From Enterobacterales bacterium endosymbiont of Anomoneura mori (GTDB taxonomy: Bacteria > Pseudomonadota > Gammaproteobacteria > Enterobacterales > Enterobacteriaceae_A): a stretch of DNA of 32,000 nucleotides. Positions 13,190 through 21,129 of the stretch are shown here, piece after piece. The DNA lies in assembly GCF_047159375.1 (NCBI RefSeq), contig NZ_AP031381.1:1-32000 (forward strand), written 5' to 3'. A model generated the notes under the pieces. That model saw nothing but the letters and a program-made list of their open reading frames with translations. It searched no databases and was not told the origin of the DNA. The translations under genes and the position numbers were made by a program. How positions within the stretch are numbered: the stretch's first letter is position 1; the number at the start of each line of letters is the position of its first letter.

Positions 13190-13402
13190 ATTAAAATATT
13201 TTTAATTTTATAAAAAAATAATTAAATTATTAAGGAAAAAAAATGCAAAAAATTAAAGATATATTTTTTATAATAATAGATTTTTTATTTTAATAATATT
13301 AAAAATGATAAAATAGATATAATAATATTGTTAATATTAATATTTAAAATTTTTTTTATAATAAAATTTAAAAAATATTAATTTAATTTTTTTTGAGTAA
13401 TT

Positions 13403-14413
13403 ATGAAATTTATAGATGAAGCATATATTAAAGTAATTGCTGGTAAAGGAGGTGATGGATGTATAAGTTTTCGTAGAGAAAAATATGAACCGTATGGCGG
13501 TCCTAATGGAGGTGATGGAGGTAATGGAGGAAATATATACTTATGTATAAATAAAAATTTAAACACATTAACACATTTAAATTATAAAAAAATTTTTTGT
13601 GCTAAAAATGGAGAAAATGGAAAATCTAAATTACGTACTGGTAAAACTGGTAAAGATTTATTTATTTATGTTCCTACTGGTACTATTATTAAAAATAAAA
13701 TTAATGGAGAATTTATATGTGAAATGAATTTAAAAAATAAAAAATTTTTAATAGCAAGAGGAGGTTATAAAGGATTAGGTAATAATCATTTTAAATCTTC
13801 AATAAATAGAACACCTTATAAAAAAACTTTTGGAAAATTAGGTGAAATAAAACATTTATATTTTAAATTATTATTATTAGCAGATGTTGGAGTTATAGGA
13901 TTACCTAATGCTGGAAAATCAACTTTTGTTAATTTAATATCATCATCAAAAAATAAAATTGGAATATATCCATTTACAACAATTATTCCAAAACTTGGTT
14001 TTGTATATATTAAAAAAAATGAACATTTTATTATTGTTGATATCCCTGGTTTAATTAAAAATTCTTCTAAAGGAAATGGATTAGGATATAATTTTTTAAA
14101 ACATATAGAACGTTGTAAATTATTATTATTATTAATTGATATAAAACCTTTAGATAATACAAATATAATTAAAAATATTAAAATTATTATTAATGAAATA
14201 AAAATATATAATAAAAATTTATTAAAAAAACCATTTTGGTTAATTTTTAATAAAATAGATCTTATTGAAAAAAAAAAAATAAATAATATTGTTAAAAATG
14301 TAATAAATAAAATAAATTGGAAAAATAAATATTATACAATTTCATGTTTTAAAAATGAAAAAATAAAAAAATTATGTAGTAAAATTATGAATTTTATTAA
14401 AAAAATAAAATAA
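13403..14413 (+). CDS. obg: GTPase Obg (ObgE/CgtA)
   Basis: 336 aa. The Gly-rich Obg fold is MKFIDEAYIKVIAGKGGDGCISFRREKYEPYGGPNGGDGGNGG. G-domain motifs are GLPNAGKST, DIPGLI and NKID. It is shorter than the roughly 390-aa E. coli protein, so the C-terminal extension is missing. Confidence 0.93.
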   Translation: MKFIDEAYIKVIAGKGGDGCISFRREKYEPYGGPNGGDGGNGGNIYLCINKNLNTLTHLNYKKIFCAKNGENGKSKLRTGKTGKDLFIYVPTGTIIKNKINGEFICEMNLKNKKFLIARGGYKGLGNNHFKSSINRTPYKKTFGKLGEIKHLYFKLLLLADVGVIGLPNAGKSTFVNLISSSKNKIGIYPFTTIIPKLGFVYIKKNEHFIIVDIPGLIKNSSKGNGLGYNFLKHIERCKLLLLLIDIKPLDNTNIIKNIKIIINEIKIYNKNLLKKPFWLIFNKIDLIEKKKINNIVKNVINKINWKNKYYTISCFKNEKIKKLCSKIMNFIKKIK

Positions 14414-14460
14414 ATATTTTTTTTTATTAATTTTATTTATATATTTTTTTTAAATATAAT

Positions 14461-16548
14461 TTATTTTTTTAATATATCTTTAATACTTAATCTTATTTTA
14501 CCTTGTTTATCTATTTCTATTACTTTAACATTAATTTCTTGCCCTATTTTTAAATAATCTGTTATTCTATTTACTTTTTTATTAGAAATTTGAGAAATAT
14601 GTAATAAACCTTCTTTATAATTATTAATAATCAAAAATGCTCCAAAATCTAAAATACGTGTAACTTTACCTTTATAAATATTTCCTATTTCAATATCTTT
14701 AGTTATAATATTTATTTTTTGAATAGCAAGATTAATTTTTTTTATATCATTTGAAGAAATTTTTATAATACCATCATTTTCAATTTCAATAATTGTATCA
14801 GTTTCTTCAGTAAGGTTACGAATTATATTTCCACCTTTTCCAATTAAATCTTTAATTTTATTTTTATTAATTTTTATTATATTAATTTTTGGAGCAAATT
14901 TTGAAATTTCTTTTTTAGGTATATTTATTATTTTTTTCATTTTATTTAAAATATGTAATCTTGCAATTTTTGCTTGTTTTAAAGTTAATTCAATTATTTT
15001 TTCATTTATACCTTGTGATTTAGTGTCAATTTGTAAAGATGAAATACCATCATAACTACCAGAAACTTTAAAATCCATATCTCCTAAATTATCTTCTTCA
15101 CCTATTATATCAGTTAAAATTATAAAATCTTTATTATTTTTAATTAATCCCATTGCAATACCTGCAATATGAAAATTAATTGGAACACCAGCATCCATAA
15201 GAGCTAAAGAAGCACCACAAACTGATGCCATTGAAGAAGAACCGTTTGATTCAGTAATTTCTGAAACAATACGTATAATATAAGGAAATTTTTTATATGT
15301 TGGCATTGTAGGTAATAATGATTTTTTTGCTAATTGTCCATGTCCAATTTCTCTTCTTTTAGGAATAGATAATAAACCAATTTCTCCTACAGAAAATGCT
15401 GGAAAATTATAATGAAATATAAAATTATTTGTTTTTTCACATATTAATTCATCTAAATTTTGTGCATCTTTTGTTGTACCTAATGTAACAGTTACTAAAG
15501 ATTGAGTATCACCTCTTGTAAACAAAGCAGAACCATGAGTACGAGGTAAATAATTTATATGTATATCTATATTTCTAATTTCATCTATTTTACGACCATC
15601 AATTCTTTTATTTGTATTAATTATTTTATCTCTTAAAATTTTTTTTTCTAAATCTATATATATATTTTCAATATCATTTTTTTTAATTGATTCATTATTT
15701 AAAATAATTTTATTTATTACTTCTTCTTTATTTTTATTAAGTTTTAATATACGTTCATTTTTATTTTTTATATTATATATTTCAATTAAAGAATTTTTAG
15801 ATAAATTTGATACTTCATTAATTAAAAAATCATTTATTTTATTATTTTTATATTTTTTTTTTTTAATTTTTTTTCTTTTTATAAATTTATTTATATTTTT
15901 TATAACAATTTGTTGTTTTTTATGACCAAAAGAAATTGCATTTAATAATATTTTTTCATTTATTAAATTAGATTCTGATTCAATCATTATAATTGATTCA
16001 TAAGTACTTGCAATAATTAAATTTAAATTACTATTTTTTAATTGTTTAATAGTTGGATTTAATATAAAATTATTATTTATATATCCTATTCGAGAAACTC
16101 CAATAGGACCAAGAAATGGTATATCAGATAAAGATAAAGCTGTTGAAACAGCAATTATTGAAACAATATCTGGATTAATTTGTGGATTTAATGACATAAC
16201 TATTACATTAATTTGAATTTCATTATTAAAATTTTTTGGAAAAAGAGGTCTAATAGAACGATCAATTAAACGAGAAATTAAAATTTCTCTTTCATTTGGG
16301 CGTCCTTCACGCCTAAAAAAACTACCTGGAATTTTACCTGCAGCATATGATCTTTCTTGATAATTAATAGATAAAGGTAAAAAATTGTAATTATTATTCA
16401 CTTCTTTACTTACAACAACAGTTGCTAAAACTACAGTATCATCAATATCAACAATTACAGAAGAATTTGCTTGTCTTGCTATTAAACCTGTTTTTAATTT
16501 AACATTATTTTCACCATATTTAAATTCTAAAATGTAAGATTTAATCAA
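14461..16548 (-). CDS. pnp: Polyribonucleotide nucleotidyltransferase (PNPase)
   Basis: 695 aa with two RNase PH-like domains plus C-terminal KH and S1 (GKVTRILDFGAFLII...). The start codon is TTG (16548-16546), preceded by AGGA at 16560-16557 with 8-nt spacing. E. coli pnp also starts with UUG. Lies downstream of rpsO as in enterobacteria. Confidence 0.96.
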   Translation of the reverse strand: MIKSYILEFKYGENNVKLKTGLIARQANSSVIVDIDDTVVLATVVVSKEVNNNYNFLPLSINYQERSYAAGKIPGSFFRREGRPNEREILISRLIDRSIRPLFPKNFNNEIQINVIVMSLNPQINPDIVSIIAVSTALSLSDIPFLGPIGVSRIGYINNNFILNPTIKQLKNSNLNLIIASTYESIIMIESESNLINEKILLNAISFGHKKQQIVIKNINKFIKRKKIKKKKYKNNKINDFLINEVSNLSKNSLIEIYNIKNKNERILKLNKNKEEVINKIILNNESIKKNDIENIYIDLEKKILRDKIINTNKRIDGRKIDEIRNIDIHINYLPRTHGSALFTRGDTQSLVTVTLGTTKDAQNLDELICEKTNNFIFHYNFPAFSVGEIGLLSIPKRREIGHGQLAKKSLLPTMPTYKKFPYIIRIVSEITESNGSSSMASVCGASLALMDAGVPINFHIAGIAMGLIKNNKDFIILTDIIGEEDNLGDMDFKVSGSYDGISSLQIDTKSQGINEKIIELTLKQAKIARLHILNKMKKIINIPKKEISKFAPKINIIKINKNKIKDLIGKGGNIIRNLTEETDTIIEIENDGIIKISSNDIKKINLAIQKINIITKDIEIGNIYKGKVTRILDFGAFLIINNYKEGLLHISQISNKKVNRITDYLKIGQEINVKVIEIDKQGKIRLSIKDILKK

Positions 16549-16637
16549 AATTATTATCCTGTTAATTTAAATATTTAATATAATTATTTATTATTAATTA
16601 AACTATTTTATAAATAAATTATTTTAAATTTATTTTA

Positions 16638-16847
16638 TTATAATTTTAAAAATTTTTTTTTTTTAAAATATTTTAATAATTTTTTTTTTTTAGATATAAT
16701 TCTTGATAAACCAACAAGACTATGTTTATCTTTTTTATTAATTAAAAAATGTTTTTTTAATTTTTTAATTTTTTTATTAAATATATTTATTTGTTTTATT
16801 GAATTATCAATATTTTTTTTTTTAAAAGATATTTTTTTAATAAACAT
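16638..16847 (-). CDS. rpsO: 30S ribosomal protein S15 (shortened)
   Basis: 69 aa. The core HF...KKDKHS..GL....SKKKKLLKY aligns with E. coli S15 [32 protein letters not shown] SD at 16855-16852. The position between rbfA and pnp is syntenic. It ends at tandem TAA TAA about 11 residues before the E. coli C-terminus. Confidence 0.8.
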   Translation of the reverse strand: MFIKKISFKKKNIDNSIKQINIFNKKIKKLKKHFLINKKDKHSLVGLSRIISKKKKLLKYFKKKKFLKL

Positions 16848-16930
16848 TATTTCCTTGTATAATTTTATATTTGTTAATAATAAAAAATTATTTAAATTTT
16901 AATTTTTAAATATTTAATATGTTTAAAAAT

Positions 16931-17293
16931 TTAATTTGTTTTATTTAATAATGAAGTTATATATAAACTATCTTTTAATGATCTATCATAAATAAAAATT
17001 AAATTTGGTATAAAACGTAATTTTATATGTTTACTTAATAAATAACGTATTTTTTTAGAAAATAATTGTAATTTTTTAATTTGTCTTTCTTCAAAAATTT
17101 TTTTTTTATTTTTTAAAATACAATTTAATATTGTAACATAAATTTTAGCATACATTAAATTTTTAGAAATAATTACTTTTGTAATAGTTATAATAGAATT
17201 AGAATTTTTATTTTTTTGTTGTAATATAATAGAAATTTCTTTATATATTTGTTGTTCTATTTTTTTAATACGATTAGTTTTTCTTTTAATCAT
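16931..17293 (-). CDS. rbfA: Ribosome-binding factor A
   Basis: 120 aa. R.KKIEQQIYKEISIILQQ...ITITKV.ISKNLMYAKIYVT and LRF.P.L.F.YD.S are colinear with E. coli RbfA. Lies directly downstream of infB. Confidence 0.88.
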   Translation of the reverse strand: MIKRKTNRIKKIEQQIYKEISIILQQKNKNSNSIITITKVIISKNLMYAKIYVTILNCILKNKKKIFEERQIKKLQLFSKKIRYLLSKHIKLRFIPNLIFIYDRSLKDSLYITSLLNKTN

Positions 17294-17324
17294 TATTTTA
17301 AATTTATTTTATATAATTATTTAA

Positions 17325-19166
17325 TTAATTATATACTTCAATTTTATCTTTAATTTTAAATTTATCAAAATTTTTTATATATATACCGCATTCTGTACCA
17401 ATTTTAACTTCTTTAATATTTTTTTTAAAATGTTTTAATGAATTTATTATACCTTTAAATATTATTTTATTATTACGTAAAATTTTAATTTTATTATTTT
17501 TTTTAATTGTTCCATTTGTTATTATACAACCTGCTACATTGCCTAAATTTTCAATTTTAAATATACTACATATATTAGCAGAACCAATTTGTTTTATATT
17601 ATGTTCAGAAGATAAATTAATAATTATTTTTTTAACATCTTTAATTAATTTGTATATTATTGAATAATAACGAATATCTAAATTTTTAAATTTATTTAAT
17701 TTACATAATAAATTTTCTTTATTTATATTAAAACATAAAATAATTGCTTTATTATTTAATGCTAATATTAAATCATTTTCATTTATATTATTTATACTTA
17801 AATTTATAATATTAATTTTAATTATATCATTAGATAATTTTAATAATTCATTTTTAATTACTTCACAAGTTCCTAATACATCAGATTTTATAATAATATT
17901 TATTTTAAATATTTTTTTTTTATTTATATTAATATTTTTATTAATTTCATTAACTTTTTTTATTTTATTTTCTTCATTAACTATTTCTATTTTATTTTCT
18001 TCATTAACTTTTTCTATTTTATTTTCTTCATTATTAATTATATTTTTATTTAAAAATTTATTTAAATTATTTTTATTATTTAAAAAATATAATTTATCTC
18101 CTATTTTAGGAACAAAACTTAATCCTATAATTTCAATTGTCATAGATGGTAATGCTATATTTATATTTTTACCAAAAATATTTCTTATTAATTTTATTTT
18201 TTCAAATTTAAAATTATATATTATAATATCATTTTTATATATAATACCTTTTTTTAATAATAATATAATAATAGGTCTAGAACCTTTATCGTAATAAGAT
18301 TCAATAACTATTCCATTAGGATTATTATCTTTATTTTTTTTTATTTCTAATATTTCTGATTCTAATAAAATTGAATTAATTAATTTATTTACACCCTTTC
18401 CTGTTTTTGCTGAAATATTAACAAATTGAGTTTCTCCTCCCCATTCTTCAGATATAATTTTATATTTAGTTAATTCTTCTTTTATAATATTTAAATTTAA
18501 ATTTTTTTTATCTATTTTATTTAATGCAATTATTAAAGGAATTTTAAATTTTTTTGAATATTCAATTGTTTCAATTGTTTGTGGCATAATTCCATCATCA
18601 ACTGCAATTACTAAAACTATAATATCAGTATTTTTAATACCTTTTTTACGCATAGAATTAAATATTTCATGTCCTGGAGTATCTAAAAAAGTAATAAAAC
18701 CATTTTTTGTTTTAATATTATATATTCCAATATGTTGAGTTATATTTCCAGATTCTTTTGATACTATATTTGTCGATCTAATATAATCTAATAATGATGT
18801 CTTACCATGATTAACATGTCCCATTATTGTAACAATTGGGTTTTTTTTTTTAATTTTTTTTTTTTCTTTTTTTTTTTTATATAAAAAAATTTTATTACTG
18901 TTTTTTTTTAAAATTAAATAAATTATATTACTTTTAATTATTTCTTCATTTAATATAATTTTTTTTAATTTTATTATTTTTTTTAATAATTTAAAATATT
19001 TAAAATTAATTATGTTTGATAATTTTAATAATGTAATATATTTATATAATATAATAATATTAAAATTATGTTTTTTATATTTTTCTATATATTTACTTAT
19101 ATTTTTTTTTTCAATTATTTTTAATTTTTTATTATTTTTTTTATTTATTATTATATTTTTTTCCAT
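17325..19166 (-). CDS. infB: Translation initiation factor IF-2 (N-terminally reduced)
   Basis: 613 aa. The G domain is PIVTIMGHVNHGKTSLLDYIRST, DTPGHE, NKID. C-terminal domains are present. Only about 100 low-complexity residues precede the G domain, against roughly 390 in E. coli IF2-alpha. The exact start is uncertain. Confidence 0.9.
   Translation of the reverse strand: MEKNIIINKKNNKKLKIIEKKNISKYIEKYKKHNFNIIILYKYITLLKLSNIINFKYFKLLKKIIKLKKIILNEEIIKSNIIYLILKKNSNKIFLYKKKKEKKKIKKKNPIVTIMGHVNHGKTSLLDYIRSTNIVSKESGNITQHIGIYNIKTKNGFITFLDTPGHEIFNSMRKKGIKNTDIIVLVIAVDDGIMPQTIETIEYSKKFKIPLIIALNKIDKKNLNLNIIKEELTKYKIISEEWGGETQFVNISAKTGKGVNKLINSILLESEILEIKKNKDNNPNGIVIESYYDKGSRPIIILLLKKGIIYKNDIIIYNFKFEKIKLIRNIFGKNINIALPSMTIEIIGLSFVPKIGDKLYFLNNKNNLNKFLNKNIINNEENKIEKVNEENKIEIVNEENKIKKVNEINKNININKKKIFKINIIIKSDVLGTCEVIKNELLKLSNDIIKINIINLSINNINENDLILALNNKAIILCFNINKENLLCKLNKFKNLDIRYYSIIYKLIKDVKKIIINLSSEHNIKQIGSANICSIFKIENLGNVAGCIITNGTIKKNNKIKILRNNKIIFKGIINSLKHFKKNIKEVKIGTECGIYIKNFDKFKIKDKIEVYN
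17947..18027 (-). repeat. In-frame 27-bp tandem repeat (3 near-identical copies) within infB
   Basis: Plus-strand copies are 17947-17973 tcattaactttttttattttattttct, 17974-18000 tcattaactatttctattttattttct and 18001-18027 tcattaactttttctattttattttct. The middle (17974-18000) and last (18001-18027) copies differ at 1 position, the first and last at 1, and the first and middle at 2. A degenerate fourth copy follows at 18028-18054. They encode VNEENKIEK/VNEENKIEI/VNEENKIKK. Confidence 0.85.
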
Positions 19167-19247
19167 TTTAATTTGTATTTATATTTAATAATATATTTAA
19201 AATATAAAAATTTTTAATAATTTTATTTTTTTAAAAATTAAAATTAT

Positions 19248-19502
19248 TTATTTATTGTTTAAATTAATTATTTTTTCATTATTTTGATATGTTTTATGTT
19301 TTTCAAATTTTTTAATATTAATATTTGATATTAATAAATTTAAAAGAAAAAATATAATAGTTAAAAATATAATTATTTTATTTGTATTATTTTTACAATT
19401 ATTTAATATATTTGATTTATCATTTGAAGGCTTTTGAAAAATTATTAAAATATTAATAATAAATGAAATTATTAAAAAAATATAAATTAATAAATTATAC
19501 AT
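19248..19502 (-). CDS. secG: Protein-export membrane protein SecG
   Basis: 84 aa. [23 protein letters not shown] aligns with E. coli SecG MYEALLVVFLIVAIGLVGLIMLQ. A second hydrophobic segment IIIFLTIIFFLLNLLISNIN aligns with TALLATLFFIISLVLGNIN. AAGGA SD at 19511-19507. Syntenic with the infB cluster. Confidence 0.8.
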   Translation of the reverse strand: MYNLLIYIFLIISFIINILIIFQKPSNDKSNILNNCKNNTNKIIIFLTIIFFLLNLLISNINIKKFEKHKTYQNNEKIINLNNK

Positions 19503-19657
19503 AATTTCCTTTTAATTTAAATTAATATTTTTAAATATTTTAAATTTTATTAAAAAAATATTTAAAAATTTTTTATAAAAATTAATATTAATTAATAAAA
19601 AAAATAATAATAAACATTTTAAAATTTTAAAATATTAAATAAATTTAAAATAATAAA

Positions 19658-20134
19658 ATGAAAAAAATATTAATAACAATTTCAGGTTATAAAAAAATTA
19701 AAAAAGAATTAAATAATTTAAAAAATATTAAACGTCCAAAAATAATTAAAGAAATTATTAAAGCTAGAGAATATGGAGATTTAAAAGAAAATTATGAATA
19801 TCATGCCGCACGTGAACAACAAAATTTAATTGAAAAAAAAATTAAAGATCTTGAATTAAAATTATTAAATTCACAAATTTTAGATATTACTAAAATAAAA
19901 AATACTAAAAAAGTAACTTTTGGTTCAACAGTAACTATTTTAAATTTAAAAAATAATAATAAATTTAAATATCGCATAGTTTGCAATAATGAATCAGATA
20001 TTGTAAATAATTTAATTTCTATAAATTCACCTATAGGTAAGGGTTTATTAGGAAATAAAGTAAATGATATTTTATATATAAAAACTCCAATTGAAATTAC
20101 TAAATATAAAATTTTAAAAATTGAATATATTTAA
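19658..20134 (+). CDS. greA: Transcription elongation factor GreA
   Basis: 158 aa, the same length as E. coli GreA. RP.II..I..AREYGDLKENYEYHAAREQQ (acidic tip residues retained), FGSTVT.LNL, YRIV...E.D....LISINSPI.KGL.G. Confidence 0.95.
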   Translation: MKKILITISGYKKIKKELNNLKNIKRPKIIKEIIKAREYGDLKENYEYHAAREQQNLIEKKIKDLELKLLNSQILDITKIKNTKKVTFGSTVTILNLKNNNKFKYRIVCNNESDIVNNLISINSPIGKGLLGNKVNDILYIKTPIEITKYKILKIEYI

Positions 20135-20271
20135 TATTATTAAATAATTATTTATTTTTAAAAAAATTTATTAATTTAAATATAATTATTAAAATTAATA
20201 AATATTTAAATATATTTATTTTTTATTTATAAAATATTAAATAAAAATAAAATATATTTTAATAAGGAAAA

Positions 20272-20946
20272 ATGAGAAAATTTTTAATTTCTTCTTCTAT
20301 ATTATCTGCAGATTTTTCAAAATTAGGAAAAGATGTTAAAAAAGTATTAAAATCTGGAGTTGATATGATTCATATTGATGTAATGGATAATCATTATGTT
20401 AAAAATTTAACATTTGGTCCTATTATATGTAAATCTTTAAGAAATTATGGAATAAAATCAATTATGGATGTTCATTTAATGATAAAACCTGTTGATAGAA
20501 TAATACCAGAATTTGCTGAAGCAGGTGCAAATATTATTTCTTTTCATCCTGAAACTACAAATCATATTGATAGAACTATAGAAATAATAAAAAAATATAA
20601 TTGTAAAGTTGGAATTGTTTTAAATCCTGCAACACCTTTAAGTTGTTTAAAATATATTATAAATAAAATTGATGTAATAATTTTAATGTCTGTTAATCCT
20701 GGTTATGGTGGACAATTATTTATTAAAAATATTTATAATAAAATTAAAGATGTTAAAAAAATAATAGATAAAAATGGTTATAATATAGATTTAGAAGTTG
20801 ATGGTGGTATAAATAAAAATAATATTTTAAAAGTTGCTAAATCTGGTGCAAATATTTTTGTTATTGGAACAGCTATTTTTAAAGAAAAAAATTATAAAAT
20901 AAATATTAAAGAAATTAAAAATGAACTTAAATTATTTAAAATTTAA
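20272..20946 (+). CDS. rpe: Ribulose-phosphate 3-epimerase
   Basis: 224 aa. SILSADF..LG.D, H.DVMDNHYV.NLT.GP, DVHLM.KPVDR, LMSVNPGYGGQ.F and EVDGG are colinear with E. coli Rpe. AAGGA SD at 20264-20268. Confidence 0.95.
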   Translation: MRKFLISSSILSADFSKLGKDVKKVLKSGVDMIHIDVMDNHYVKNLTFGPIICKSLRNYGIKSIMDVHLMIKPVDRIIPEFAEAGANIISFHPETTNHIDRTIEIIKKYNCKVGIVLNPATPLSCLKYIINKIDVIILMSVNPGYGGQLFIKNIYNKIKDVKKIIDKNGYNIDLEVDGGINKNNILKVAKSGANIFVIGTAIFKEKNYKINIKEIKNELKLFKI

Positions 20947-21129
20947 AAAATATTAAAAATTAATAATTTAATTTTTTTTTTTTTAAATATTAAAAATTTT
21001 TCTATTTTTTTTTTTTTAATATTACATATTTTATTATAATTTTTTATATTAAAATAATTATTTATAATATTATTAAATAATATTTTATTAATATTAAAAT
21101 TTATTATATTAATTAATAATTGATTATTT

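Noticed and set aside
13243-13293. 16-codon mini-ORF (MQKIKDIFFIIIDFLF) with an AAGGA-like SD in the 213-bp valS-obg spacer
   Set aside because: The AAGGA(N7)ATG context is notable because G is rare in spacers. However, the peptide resembles no leader peptide or ribosomal protein remnant I know (rplU/rpmA normally precede obg). A 16-codon ORF is well within chance, so it would only be worth revisiting if conserved in relatives.
13378-13566. 62-aa Pro-rich ORF (PPLPPSPPLGPP) on the minus strand
   Set aside because: It is the reverse complement of the Gly-rich Obg fold (GGDGG repeats) at the start of obg. The proline richness is a mirror artefact.
16612-16635. 9-bp all-A:T stem-loop (AAATAAATT / AATTTATTT, 6-nt loop) just after the rpsO stop, a possible rpsO terminator or pnp leader structure
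   Set aside because: In a two-letter background my rough estimate is that one or more 9-bp inverted repeats are expected by chance in an 89-bp spacer. No U-tract follows.
19801-19986. 61-aa ORF on the minus strand
   Set aside because: Antisense within greA, with no independent support.
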